Shown here one piece after another: positions 12,863-26,250 of a DNA stretch of 64,000 bases (position 1 is the stretch's first letter; each line of letters begins with the position of its first letter). The translations under genes were made by a program, and so were the position numbers. The stretch comes from Mobula hypostoma (taxonomy: Eukaryota), in NCBI RefSeq assembly GCF_963921235.1, contig NC_086109.1, positions 32,986,001 to 33,050,000 on the forward strand, written 5' to 3'. Below the pieces are notes generated by a model, which saw only the letters and a list, made by a program, of their open reading frames with translations, was not told where the DNA came from and made no database searches.

Positions 12863-13919
12863 CCTGCTGAGAATGTCGAAGGATAACTCTACTTTGCCAG
12901 CCTTTTCTTGGCATAAGAATATTAAACAATATAAGATGACATAAAACTTTCCAGAACATACATTTCATAAACTGAATCTTTCTGTGTTCATTAGATTATA
13001 AGTCAATAAGACATAGAAGCAAACTTAGGCTATTCAGTCCATTGAGTCTACTCTGCTATTCCATCAGTGCTGATTTATTATCTCCCTCAATCCCATTCTC
13101 CCACCTTCTCCCCATAACCATTGACTGTCTTAGTAATCAAGAACTTATCAACCTCTGCTTTAAGTTTGTACATTGACTGGCCTCCACAACTGTCTGTGGC
13201 AATAAATTCCACAGCTTCACCACGCTCTGGCTAAAGAAATTCCAGCTCATCTCTGTTAGATGTCTATGCTGTCTCATGGATTTTCACTTGCAGCGTTGTA
13301 CCAAGTCCCCATGTGTTGATTGCAGGCAATTGAACTCTTGGGATATTAATGCCCATTGCGTACTGAATATGCAACTTCAGGGCTTCATTACCCACTTCAG
13401 CACAGGACATCTTCAATGTTTTCCAGCTTCTTCACCAAGACTTGCACCTCTTCTAACTTATTCTACTTCTACTGGAAGGTCAATTGTTAAAAAATAGTAA
13501 TTCTGTTCTCTTTCTGCTGATGTCTCTCTTTTGGGTATTTCCAAATTTTACTATTTTGCAATACTGTATTAGATTTCCAGAATCCATAGTATTTTGCTTT
13601 TGCGATTCCATGTTGATGGATGCCAACCATAATTTGACTGAACTTCCGTGGGCCCCATTATTCTTCTAAAATTGGAATAGGACTTGAGGGGGTGATGGTT
13701 TGTATTTCATATGGGCAGCTGGGCTGCCCCAGAGGAACTATCTGATCATTTCCTGATAAGCAAGACAAGGTCAGTAGTCCCAAACACTTTGGCAACAATG
13801 CCAGTCCATTTGCTCCAGGCAAGGTAATCTATGTCTAATCTCATAAATCTCATTAAATTTTTCCTGTCAACTTTAAACAACAGAAATGAAAACCACACCC
13901 CAAATGTGAAGTAAAATCC

Positions 13920-15235
13920 ACATCAGATTTATTATCACTGGTTTGCTGCATAATTTGTTGTTCTACAGCAGAGGCACAGTGCAAGATATAAAACTATTAC
14001 AGACTACAAAAAATAAACAAGTAATGTGAAAGACAGAAAATGAGGTAATTTTCTTGATTTCATGAACCATTCAGAAATCTGATGGAGGAGAGGAAGAAGC
14101 TGTTCTTAAAATGTTCATTGTGTGTCTTTGGGCCCCTGTATCTCCTCCCCAGTGGTGATAAGACAAAGAGGGCATGTCCCGGACGGTGAGGGTTTTTACT
14201 AGTGGATGCTCTTCTCGAGACGTCACCTCCTGGAGATGTCCTTGATGGTAGGAAGGGTTGTGTCCATGATGGAGCTTGTTGGGTCTACAGCTCTCTGCAG
14301 CCTCATGCAATCTTGTGCTTTGGCGACTCCACACCAGGTTACAATGCAATCTGTCAGAATGTTCTCCAGTGTAGAAATTTGTTAGAGATTTTGGTGATTT
14401 TCCTCATCTCCTCAAACCCCTAATGAAGTCGAGCCCCCGGCATGCCTTCTTCATGATCGCATTAATGTTGGGCCCAGGATAGATCCTGTAAGACATTAAT
14501 GCTCAGGAAGTTGGAACTGATCACTTTTCCACCCCGGCCCTTCAACGAGGACTGGTCTGTGTTGCCTTGATTTCCCCTTCCTGATATCCACACTGAGTTC
14601 CTTGGTTGACATTGAGTGCAAAGTTGCTGTTGCAATGCTGCTCAGCCTGCCAATCTACCTCACCCCTGTGTACTGCCGCATCACCACCTTAGATCCTGCC
14701 AACAACATTAGTGCCACAGGTGAATTTATATCTGACATTTTGTACTAATTCTAGCCATAAAGTCATGAGAGTTCAGAGAGTAGAACAGAGGACTAACTAC
14801 ACATTCTTCAGATGTGCCTGTGTTGATTGCAAGCAAGGAGGAGATGGTATTTCCGATCCATGCTGTCTGTGGTCTCCAATAAAGAAGCCAAGGGTCCAGT
14901 TACAGAAGGAGATACAGAGGCCCTGATTTTGAAGCTTATTGATTAATAATGAGCACATGATGGTGTGGAACGCTGAGCCGTAATAGATAAACAGCAGCCT
15001 GACATCTGTTTTGCTCTTGTCTAGGTTTTCTAAAGCCTAGAAGAGAGCTGGCGAGATCACGTCTGTGTAGACCAGTTGTGCTGGTAGACAAATTACTGAG
15101 GCTCCAGATCCTTGGTCAGGCCATGACCAAACTCTCAAAGCACAACCAGAGTAGATCTGAGTTCTACTGGGCAATTGTTGCTGAGGCAGCTCACACTGCC
15201 CTTCTTGGGCACCATTATTTCTGATACAATGGGAG
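13920..15235 (-). mobile_element. Rex1/Babar LINE RT fragment, decayed
   Basis: Reverse-strand similarity to the Rex1 3' end and RT region seen in other copies in this window. Confidence 0.7.
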
Positions 15236-18112
15236 TCTTAGACCACAGCAGTGAGAGGGTGGATCCTTTACAAAGGCTGACATAATTAAAAATTAAGTAC
15301 ATATTTAATATTGATGGAAATTGTGTAAAATACTACAGTATATGCTATAATTGGCTATTAAGTTAGGTGGTTTAATTTCACATACGTCATACAATTTAGT
15401 CCTTCTGGATAATATACCAACATGATCAGTGTTCAACCAGCCCAAGCATTCAATTATATATCATTCATGTTTCATATATTATTTTCAACTCTCAAAAATG
15501 ACTTGCATGACAGCATAACTGTTGGTTGTTACTACAAGTTTACCTGAGCTCAGTAGCATGAGGGATGTAAATTAAGAGCAATTACTCACTCCTGAGATAT
15601 TTCTCAGAGTTATCATCATGATTCATAGTTCAAACATTGAAAGAAAATATTAGTGAAACAAATAGGTTTAATCGTGATTCTTTTTCAGTAATTCATGAAG
15701 ATGAACTGTTGATCAAACTTCACTCACCCAGTGTAGTTCGTAGAGTTTATACAAGTACTTTGCCAATCAAAATAACAAAGAAAAACCCCTCATTATTAAA
15801 AAGTTGCAAATGCAACTTGGAAGATATGTGTCATACATAATAGAGCAAGATTCTTTAAATAGATTCCAAACATTCTAAATGCAACCCTAAAAAGTAAAAG
15901 CTGGCTAACTATTTCAATAGTAAATAATACCAGTTACTTGTGACGTACTTACAATGAGCATGAAATATCTTCATGCATGCCAAAAAGAGTGAAGATGTTA
16001 ACCATAAAGGACTTCAGTACAGCAAAAGAAATTCATTCAAAGTGTATACTACCAATAATAATTCTGATTTAAATACCTTTATAGCAAGAAATTATAAATC
16101 AAAATATATATAGGTAGCTTCATTAATCAAAGTCATGATCAATTATCATAATTCTGTGAAAGAATCCAGAGATCTAAAGAATGAGGAGATTGAAAAATAG
16201 TTAACAGATCTGTAACAAGGAGAGAGAAAATGTCAGTAATACAGTACATTTAGTCAAGCCACTGTTCAATTCACTCTCGTGACTGAGGATGGATCCAAAT
16301 TTCTTGGCATAGCTGTGTGAAACAGAAGTTTGAACGGTTTGTTCAGTCATAGGTTACTACACTCAGTAGTATGAGTGTAGAGAATCATAGTAGTTGAAGT
16401 TCTTTCACCTACTTTTTAATGTATCAGTTACTTGATGAACCACAAAGCTCCAGACGACTTATTATTTTGTCACTTCAAGTCAAAGTCAAAATTATTTCAT
16501 CCAGCATTACTTTTCCCATTTTATTCCCATTGTGGGTGTAAGTGAACCTACAATTTGCAAAATGGAACATGAACGTCCTTACAACTAGAAATAAGGAATT
16601 TATTTGTCTTGTCTAAAATAGATAAGGCAAGATCTGAGCGATTGCGTTTCTTGTCATTGCTTATACTACTGCTTTAATATGCTGAATTATGACCACAAGT
16701 TATTGATGATGCCTTCTGGCCTCAGGTCATCTGATCTGGAGATAAGTGTCTCTGTTGCACCCTGTGTGGCATGTGGTAGCTGTACGTGTGATCCTGAGCT
16801 GACCTTCATTTAGATAATGGTGCAAAAGACCTATACCCAGATCTCTCAATTGATCCCATTTTTTTCTGTTGTGTTATTGGTTCCTGTGTTGAACAAGTTG
16901 AAGATTTTTTATTTTTTATTTTATTGGGATACAGCTAGGAATACTGTGCCATCCAGCAATGACCCGATTTAATCCTAGCCTAATCACAGGACAATTTACA
17001 AAGATCAATTAACCTACAAATCGGTACATCTTTTGACTGTGGGAGGAAACCCATGCGCTCATGGGGTAAACATACAAACTCCGTCCAGGCAGTGGCAATT
17101 GAACCGGGTCGCTGATACTGTAAAGCGCCATGTTAATAACTACACTACCGTGCTGCCCCAGACAGCAAACATTTGGAGTAATGAGTAAATACTTTATCTG
17201 TCCTTGATATGCAGGAATATTTTGGGGTTTATTTTCTCGATTTTCCTTTTGTAGATGTTTGAATTCTTTGTAGTACAGATTGTCAGATGTCCCATGACCA
17301 GAGTGAAGACATGAGATGGGGAGATGATTCCCAGCTCTTCTCTAGAGTGAGATGGACATGGGCTCACAACATAGATAATATTCTCAACTGCAGGAATCTA
17401 ATTAATGTTTGTTTAATGTCACTAAGCATTCTTTATTTTTTAGGGTAGAAAACCTTTTCCTCTAAACCCAATCATGCCAGGATCCAGTGTAAACCAGGGA
17501 GCACATGAATGAGTAACATTTAGTGAAGAACTACTTGTCGTTGTTTTGTTTGATCCGACTCTGATTTTGCCAATATCTCAATTTTAAAATTCCCTTATGA
17601 GTTTGTAAATACTTTCATAGACATGTTCTGTTGCCTTCTGAACTGCAATTTAATGCTCCTCCAGTACTGACTTCCTGTTCTTACTCCAACATTTAGAACT
17701 GTGCTGTGGAATTTCTTCCCCAAACCTTTCAGTCTACTGCTCAAGATATGGCTTGAAGACTCCTTCCTCAGTCAAGCTTTTAATTATGTGAAGCAACATC
17801 GCCCAAAAAATGTGATGCTTTTCATAGGAAGTGGCTGAAATGGCCCACAAAGCTCTTCAGTCCTGCTCTGCCATTCAGTAACGTTGTTTGACACACTCGT
17901 ATTACTGGCCAAACCCAATATCGTTTGATTTTTTTTCTTAACAGAGTATCTAAATAAAATTGTGCATTGTGGTGCATGTTATAAGTTCCTAAAAGTATTT
18001 TGCATTATCTTTAGGGAGTAACTGTAATTCATTTGGGATTACAATGGTATCATATCCAGAGACAGCAAGGAATCTCAAAGTTTTATGTTCTCTTCACTCT
18101 GTTCACTTTCTT

Positions 18113-19285
18113 AAGAAGAAGAAGAAGAATATCTTTATTGTCATTGTTGTGGAGCAATGAAACACAGTTTAGCAGCTCAACGTTTTGCAGCATGACAAAG
18201 AATATATACATAAAATAAACACTAAAACCTCAGGAGTACAGTCCAAAATTAATAATATATGGATGGGGGGGGGGGTAGGACTATTGCACACCTGCCTTTC
18301 CTGGAAGTGTGATGCATTTAGCTGCCGCCGTCTTAGGAGGGGGGCAGGAGAAGGGAAGGGGGTGTTATACATTTCACTGTTTGTGGGTAGAAGCTGTTAA
18401 GGAGTCTCTTTGTTTTCGTCCTTAATGCTCTGTATCTCTTCCCAGAAGGTAGAGGGGAAAACAGGTGATGTCCAGGATGAGTGGGATCCTTTGAAATACA
18501 AGTAGCCTTCTTTTGAAGTCTGCCAGTATAAATATCTCTGAGGAAGGGTAATGTTGTGTCAGTAACCCGCTCTGCTACTCTCACCACCCGCTGCAAGTCC
18601 TTCCTGTTCTGTTCTGTGCAGCTGGCAAACCACACTGCACAGCAAGACGTCAGGAGGCTCTCTATAGTTGTCCAATAGAAGTTGATCAGCAGGTGATGAG
18701 GGAGGAGAGCGTGCTTTAGCTTCCTTAGGAATTGGAGCCTCTGTTGGTCCTTCCCCACCTGATAAGAGATATGGGCAGTCCAGGTGAGAGCTGAGATGTG
18801 GACGCCGAGGAACTTGAAACTCTCTACTCTCTCCACCTCTTTCCCGTATATGTGCAGAGCAGAGTGATCAACGTGCTTTGATTTCCTGAAGTCTACTATC
18901 AGCTCCTTGGTTTTTGTGATGTTCAAGTCCAGGTTATTATGACAACACCATTCTGTCAAATGCTGTACCTCCTCCCTATAGGCTGTCTCATCACAGTCTG
19001 GTATGATACCTATTAGGGTGGTATCGTCAGCAAATTTGACAATGGTGTTGATGGAGTGAATGGTAGAGCAGTCATGGGTGAAAAGAGAATAGAGGATGGG
19101 GCTGAGAACACACCCCTGTGGTGTACCGGTGTTCAGGATGAGAGTAGATGATGTGTGTTCTCCCATCCTGACACTTTGGGGTCTGTTACTCAGAAAATCC
19201 AGTATCCGTGAGCACAGTGAGCTGCCAAGACCCAGGTTGCTCAATTTCTTTAGGATGTTGATTCAGGAGCAGTCTGTAGGATGAT
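18113..19285 (-). mobile_element. Rex1/Babar LINE, 5'-truncated, with an open RT C-terminal ORF (18333-19244, 303 aa)
   Basis: [44 protein letters not shown]; (TTC)n tail at 18113-18129. Confidence 0.92.
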
Positions 19286-19819
19286 AGAAGATAATCCAGG
19301 GAGTGGAAAATGGCAAATCTCAAGAATTCTGCTGCATCTTCTATCTGCATTAAATCTTCAGGAATCTATAACCTAACAGTTGCTAGAGAGGTCTTAATAA
19401 AATTTTAATGGAACTGAATTAATTCTTTGACATTAATGGAACATTATATGGTATTTATTCCAAAAGGCCCGGTGAAAGTACATTTATAGGTGCTTTGGTT
19501 TTTGTTGCATACAAAGGATGGCTGGCTAAACAATACTCTTCATACTTAAGTAGAGTGTAATCTCCATATAATGAACTGATGTTTCCTATGAATAAACTCT
19601 AATTTACATATCAAAATAAAATGAAGTTACAGAACTCATTTCTTCATGCAATTGTTTCAATTATATAGCAAAAAGATTAAGCATTAACAGGTTGGACATG
19701 AATTTATACATTTGATTACATGTAGCCAGGCAATGACAATACACAACAATAGAAATGACAATATACAACAATAGAAAACATACCCATCACCCATCTCCAT
19801 AGATATTCAATGATATCCT

Positions 19820-20670
19820 CATTATTGTCCATATCCTGGGGATTTACTACTGATGTCAAACTGAAATGGAGTCCCACATACATAATGACACTTAAAAAAA
19901 AGCAGATCAGAGACTAGGAATCTTGCAGCAAGTAATTCACCTTCTAACTCCCCAAAGTATGTCCACCACCTACAAGGCTCATTTCAGACTCTCCTTGCCT
20001 GGGTGTGTGGGGCGGTGGGAAGGAGGGAAGGGGCTTGCTGAAGTAATGTTGTAGCTTGTTGTGGTCTGCTTTAGTGTGTTATGTGTTGTTCCATTGAGTT
20101 TTTTGGTGTGCTATGTCGGTGCCAAAATGTGTAGTGACGATTAGGGGCTGTCCCCAGCATATCCCTCGGTGTTTTGATTGTGAATGCAAATGGTGCACTT
20201 TTATGTGTGTTTCATTGTACATGTGATCGATAAATCTGTGTCTGAATCTGAATCTGAATCAAAACCACTCAAGAAAAGCTCGACACCCTACAAGACATAG
20301 CAGCTTGCTTGATAGGCACCCTATCCATATCTATGTACTCACTCCAGTTCTGATGCACAGTAGCAGCAGTTTATACCATCCACAGGATACACTGCAGCGA
20401 CTCACCAAAACTCCTTAGACTGCACCTGCCCAACCCTCAAGAGAGCACCATCACCTGGAGGTTACTCCCCAAGCCATACGATGAAGGTGTTCCTTCAATG
20501 TCACTGGGTAAAAATCCTGGAACACTCCCCCATGACAGCTTTGTGGGCATAACTGCACTCAAGACGTGCAGTGGATGAAGAAGGGAGCTTACCACCACCT
20601 TCTCAAGGGCAGTTAGGAATGGGCAATTAAATGCTGACCCCGCCAGCAAAGCCCCCTTCCTTTGAATGAA
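19820..20670 (+). mobile_element. Old LINE 3' remnant with a nested repeat ending in (TCTGAA)n at ~20235-20260
   Basis: RT C-terminal-like fragments (STTYKA..LDTLQDIAACLIG); family not determined. Confidence 0.55.
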
Positions 20671-21619
20671 TATAAAGACTTAATACTGTTATCCAATGGC
20701 AATAGTTTTAGTTCTAATGTATCTTACACCATGCCACACTAAGGATCTGACTGGTCATTTGATCAGTGATAGGACTCGGAGAACAGACTGGAAAACCTAT
20801 TAGAAGAGAGGGGGAGGTGGGGGGTGGTTCAGGGCTTCGAAGTTTCTATCATTCAATAAGGTTTCTTTGTTTTGTGGATGTCTGTGAAGAGGACAGATTG
20901 CAGGTTGTATACTGGAGGCATACCCTGATATTAAATGCACTTTGAAACTTTGAAATCAGAAATATCAAAAAGAAGTCTAATCATGTCAAAACTTGATTGT
21001 ACCATCCTGTAACTGAAGGTGAGGCAGAAGAAAAATAACATGAACTTTAATTTATATGTCTCTTTTCACATTCTTGGTATATCAGCAAGTGCTCTGCATC
21101 TGGTGCATCATTTTTCAAGGTAGTTACCGTTGTCGTGCAGGGAAATATTGTAACCAAACTGCACGAAGTTCCACAAATGAGATTTAGCTCTTAGAATCAC
21201 AGAGTTCTTACAACAGAGACCATATGATCTATAGAGACTGTACCAGTTCCATGTAAAAGCAACCAATCTAATCCTGGTCTGTGTCCTCTTCCCGTGCAGC
21301 CCTGAAATTCCTTCTAATATTTGTTCAGTTTCCTTTTCAATGCCACAGTGAACCTGCCTCCACTAATATTTCTGGCTGTTCATTGCAGACCCTCACAATT
21401 AGCTGCATCAAAAATGTTTCTTGATGTGATTTTTGGTTTTTCTGTCAATCACTTTCATTTAGCTTGGACTCATCATTTATGAACCAGCTACTTAAAATAC
21501 GTCAAAGTTATTTTAGGAAGGTATTAAAGTAAACGAATCAGATTGGGTTTAAAAAAACAGCTGTCATGTAGAAAACAGAGGGTTGGAATGAATACCTGCT
21601 TTTCAGTCCAGAGAGATGT

Positions 21620-22250
21620 AAGACCATAAGACATAGGAGCAGAACTGGGACATTTGGCCTATTAACTTTGCTTGTCTACTCAAGCATGGCTGATGTATTT
21701 TCCCTCTCAATCCCATTCTCCTGCCTTCTCCATATAACCTTAGGTGCCCTTACTAATCAAGAACCTATCGACTCCCATCTTAAATATACCAAATGATTTG
21801 GCGTCCACAGCCAGCTGTAGCAATGAACTCCACATATTTCCATCCTATGGCTGAAGAAATACCTCCTCATCTCTGTTCTAAAAGAACATCCTTCTATTCT
21901 GAGGCTGTCTCCTCTGATCCTAGACTATCCCACTATTAGAAACATCCTCTCCATATTCATTCTATCTAGGCCTTTAAATATTTGATGGGTTTCAATGAGG
22001 TCCCCACTCATTCTTCTAAACTCTAGCAAGCGCAAGCCCAGAGGCATCAAATGCTCCTCAAACATTAACCCTTTAATACCCATGATCATTCTCATTAATC
22101 TTTTCTCCAATGGCATTACATCCTTTCTTACATAAATGGCTCAAAGCTGCTCTACATATGGCTGACCAACGCCTTAAAAAGTCTCAGCATTATAGTACAT
22201 TCTAACTTTTTATATTCTACTCCTCTCGATATGGATGCTAACATCATTTG
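21620..22250 (-). mobile_element. CR1 LINE 3' fragment
   Basis: RMIMGIKGLMFEEHL..LEFRRMSGDLIETHQI; ataagac-type tail at 21620-21632. Confidence 0.85.
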
Positions 22251-22800
22251 CCTTCCGGAGTACTTCAAAAATTGGTTCTTGGTCTTCAATTGTTTACCAT
22301 TTACATTCATGACTTGCAGAAGGGAACAAAATGCACGGTTTTCAAGTCTTGATGACATAAAAATAAATGAAAGGGCATGAGGATCAGAAAGATCTTGGGG
22401 TCCGTGTCCATGGGACACTCAAAGCTGCTGCGCACGTTGACAGTGTTGTTCAGAAGGCGTATGGTGTGTTGGCTTTCATCAGCCATGAAATTGAGTTCAA
22501 GAGCCATGAGGTAATGCTACCCTTAGTTAGACCCCACTTGGAGGTGTTCAGTTCTGGTCTCCTCACTACAGAAAGGATGTGGATACTATAGAGTGAATGC
22601 AGAGGAGATTTACAAGGATGCTGCCTGGATTGGAGAGCTTGCCTAATGAGAATGGGTTGAGTGCACTTGGCCTTTTCTCCTTGGAGCGTCGGAGGATGAG
22701 AGATCACCTGATAGAGGTGTATAAGATGATGAGGGACATTGTTTGTGTGGATAACCAGAGGTTTTTTCCCAGGCCTGAAATGGCTAACACAAGGGACATA

Positions 22801-24417
22801 CAGTGGCATGCAAAAGTTTGGGCACCCCTGGTCAAAATTTCTATTGCTGTGATTAGCTAAGCGAGTAAAAGATGACCTGATTTCCAAAAGGCATAAAGTT
22901 CAAGATGACACATTTCTTTAATATTTTAAGCAAGATTACTTTTTTATTTCCATCTTTTACAGATTCAAAATAACATAAAAGGAAAAGAGCCCGAAGCAAA
23001 AGTTTGGGCACCCTGCATGGTCAGTACTTAGTAACACCCCCTTTGGCAAATACCACAGCTTGTAAATGCTTTCTGTAGCCAGCTAAGGGTTTTTCAATTC
23101 TTGTTTGGGGGATTTTCGCCCATTCTTCCTTGCAAAAGGCTTCTAGTTCTGTGAGATTCTTGGGCCGTCTTGCATGCACTGCTCTTTTGAGGTCTATCCA
23201 CAGATTGTCAATGATGTTTAGGTTGGGGGATTGTGAGGGCCATGGCAAAACCTTCAGCTTGCACCACTAGAGGTAGTCCATTGTGGATTTTGAGGTGTGT
23301 TTAGGATCATTATCCTGTTGTAGAAGCCATCCTCTTTTCATCTTCAGCTTTTTTACAGACAGTGTGATATTTGCTTCCAGAATTTGCTGGTATTGAATTG
23401 AATTCATTCTTCCCTCTACCAGTGAAATGTTCCCCGGGCCACTGGCTGCAACACAAGCCCAAAGCATGATCGATCCACCCCCGTGCTTAACAGTTGGAGA
23501 GGGGTTCTTTTCATGAAATTCTGCACCCTTTTTTCTCCAAACATACCTTTGCTCATTGCAGCCAAAAAGTTCTATTTTAACTTCATCAGTGCACAAGACT
23601 TGTTTCCAAAATGCATCAGGCTTGTTTAGATGTTCCTTTGCAAATTTCTGCTGCTGAATTTTGTGGTGAGGATGCAGGAAAGGTTTTCTTCTGATGACTC
23701 TTCCATGAAGGTCATATTTGTGCAGGCGTCGCTGCACAGTAGAATAGTGCACCACCACTCCAGAGTCTGCTAAATCTTCCTAAAGGTCTTTTGCAGTTAT
23801 ATGGGGGTTTTGATTTGCCTTTCTAGCAATCCTACGAGCAGTTCTCTCAGAAAGTTTTCTTGGTCTTCCAGACCTCAACTTGACCTCCACCGTTCCTGTT
23901 AACTGCCATTTCTTAATTATATTATGAACTGAGGAAACAGCTACCTGAAAACACTTTGCTATCTTCTTATAGCCTTCTCCTGCTTTGTGGGCGTCATTTA
24001 TTTTAATTTTCAGAGTGCCAGGCAGCTGATTAGAGGAGCCCATGGTTGCTGATTGGTGGGACAAGGTTTGAGGAGTCAGGGTATTTATAAAGCTTTGAAA
24101 TTTGCATCACCTGGCCTTTCCTAATGATGACTGTGAACAAGCCAAAGCCCTAACAAGCAAATTAAGGTCTGAGATCTTGGTAAAAGTTATCTGAGAGTTC
24201 AAATCTCTTGGGGTGCCCAAACTTTTGCATGGTGCTCCTTTTCTTTTTTTTGCCCTAAAATTGTACAAAACAAAAATAATATACTAATCTTGCTTAAAAT
24301 GTTGAAAAGAATGTTTAATCTTTAACTTTATGAATTTTGGAGATCAGATCATCTTCTACTCACTCAACTATTCACAGTAACAGAAATTTTGACTAGGGGT
24401 GCCCAAACTTTTGCATG
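22801..24417 (-). mobile_element. Tc1-family IR/DR DNA transposon, near full length, inactive
   Basis: Inserted after TA (22799-22800). ~210-bp TIRs each carry two copies of gcaaaagtttgggcaccc (22810 and 22996; reverse copies at ~24211 and ~24398). Confidence 0.95.
23021..24043 (-). pseudogene. Tc1 transposase (paired-like HTH plus DD34E-type domain), disrupted
   Basis: MGSS..HKAGEGYKKIAK..SGRPRK; VLCTDEVKIELFG; TVKHGGGSIMLW; QQDNDPKH; WPSQSPNLNIIDNLW. Stop at 23780, frameshift near 23267, and the catalytic E appears as D. Confidence 0.92.
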
Positions 24418-25117
24418 GAGGTAGGTTCAGGGGGATGTCAGAGGTAAGTTTTTTCACACGGAGAGTGATAGGTGCTGGAATGCATTTCCAGTGATAGTGG
24501 AGGAGGTGGATAAAATAGGGTCTTTTAAGAGCCTCTTAGATAGGTACATGGAGCTTAGAAAAACAGTGGGCTAAGTGGTAGAGAAATTCTAGGCAGTTTC
24601 TAGAGTAGATTACATGGTTGGCACAACATTGTGGGCCGAAGTGCCTGTAATGTTCTGTAGATTTCTATGTTCTGTGTTGTGATGAGGACGTTGTGATTCT
24701 ACAATGGACGTAGAATGATTGAGTGACTGGGTAAAAACCTGGCAAATGAAGTTCACTGTTGCATATGGGCAGTGAGAGGAACGCGAAACTGGATTATTAT
24801 TTAAAAAGAAAGCGATTGCAGATAAATGAAGTACAGCGGGATCTAGGATTCAAGTGCATGAAGTGCATTAGTTAGCTAGCAAAACCAACAAGTGGTTAAG
24901 AAAGCAAACAGCATGTTGCACTTCATGGCAAGTCAGTTGGAATTTAAAAATAAGGAGATTTTTATAATTGTACAGTGGGTTGGTTAAGCTACTCTTGGAA
25001 TATTTGGCCTCCTTCCCTAAGAAAAGGATGTATTTGTAAAATTAATACAGATTATAGTCATTTAATATTGGATATGCTAGCTTGAGAGACAGTTGAAAAC
25101 AGATTTGCCAGGTCAAT

Positions 25118-25839
25118 GCAGCAGGCCAGGCAGCATCCCTTGGAAGAGGTACAGTCGACGTTTCGGGCCGAGACCCTTCGTCAGGACTAACTGAAGGAAG
25201 AGATAGTAAGAGATTTGGAAGTGGAAGGGGGAGGGGGAGTTCCAAAATGATAGGAGAAGACAGGAGGGGGAGGGATGGAGCCAAGAGCTGGACAGTTGAT
25301 TGGCAAAAGGGATATGAGAGGATTATGGGACAGGAGGCCCAGGGAGAAAGAAAAGGGGGAGGAGGGAAAAAACCCAGAGGATGGGCAAGGGGTATAGTCA
25401 GAAGGACAGAGGGAGAAAAAAGAGAGAGAGAGAAAGAATGTGTGTATATAAATAAATAACGGATGGGGTACGAGGGGGAGGTGGGGCATTAGCTGAAGTT
25501 TGAGAAGTCAGTGTTCATGCCATCAGGTTGGAGGCTAGCCAGACGGAATATAAGGTGTTGTTCCTCCAACCTGAGTGTGGCTTCATCTTTACAGTAGAGG
25601 AGGCCGTGGATAAACATATCAGAATGGGAATGGGATGTGGAATTAAAATGTGTGGCCACTGGGAGATCTTGTTTTCTCTGGCGGACAGAGCGTAGGTGTT
25701 CTGCAAAACGATCTCCCAGTCTGCGTCAGGCCCGAAACGTCGACTGTACCTCTTCCTAGAGATGCTGCCTGGCCTGCTGCGTTCACCAGCAACTTTGATG
25801 TGTGTTGCTTGAATTTCCAGCATCTGCGAATTCCTCGTG
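25118..25839. mobile_element. Penelope-like insertion: minus-strand 3' body (25118-25727) plus an inverted plus-strand 3' tip, 14-bp TSD
   Basis: TSD tttgccaggtcaat at 25104-25117 and 25840-25853; GIY-YIG C-terminal sequence and pseudo-LTR; inserted in a CR1 remnant (~24680-26250). Confidence 0.9.
25153..25188 (-). ncRNA. Minimal type I hammerhead ribozyme with intact core
   Basis: AGUC-CUGACGA-A-GGGUCUCGGCCC-GAAACGUC-GACU: stem I AGUC/GACU, stem II GGGU/GCCC, palindromic ACGU in place of stem III. Confidence 0.85.
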
Positions 25840-26250
25840 TTTGCCAGGTCAATTCCCGGGAGGAGAGGGTTGTTCTATTGAGAGAGTCTATCCAGTTTTG
25901 GTCTCCATTCTTTTGGAGTTTATAAGAGCGTGAGCTGACTTTAATCAAATATATAAGTTCCTTGGGGGGAATTGACAGGATTGTTTTTGAGATGCTTTCA
26001 CAAGTGAGATTCATGAATAAGAAAACAGGGACAAAATAAGGAGTTGGTCATTTGAAATAGAAGTCTGCAGAAATCTGTTGCTCAGAGAGTAAATGTATCT
26101 CTGGAACTTTCTCCTCCTAAGGGTGGTGGAGACGAGATTGTTAGATATATTTGAAATGAAGATAGATAAGTATTTGATAGATTGAACAATTAAGGATAAG
26201 TGGAATCTGGTCAGTATACACCAGCCATGACCATATTGATTAAGGGCCTA

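Larger units (their letters stand above)
22365..24675 (+). mobile_element. CR1 LINE 3' fragment split by a Tc1 insertion
   Basis: KDLGVRVH..VRPHLE..QRRFTRMLPGL..FSLERRRMR before 22800; the CR1 resumes at 24418 and ends in a ttctatg tail. Confidence 0.85.

Noticed and set aside
16357..16380. 9-bp hairpin ctacactca/tgagtgtag
   Set aside because: A single short inverted repeat with no supporting context; plausible by chance.
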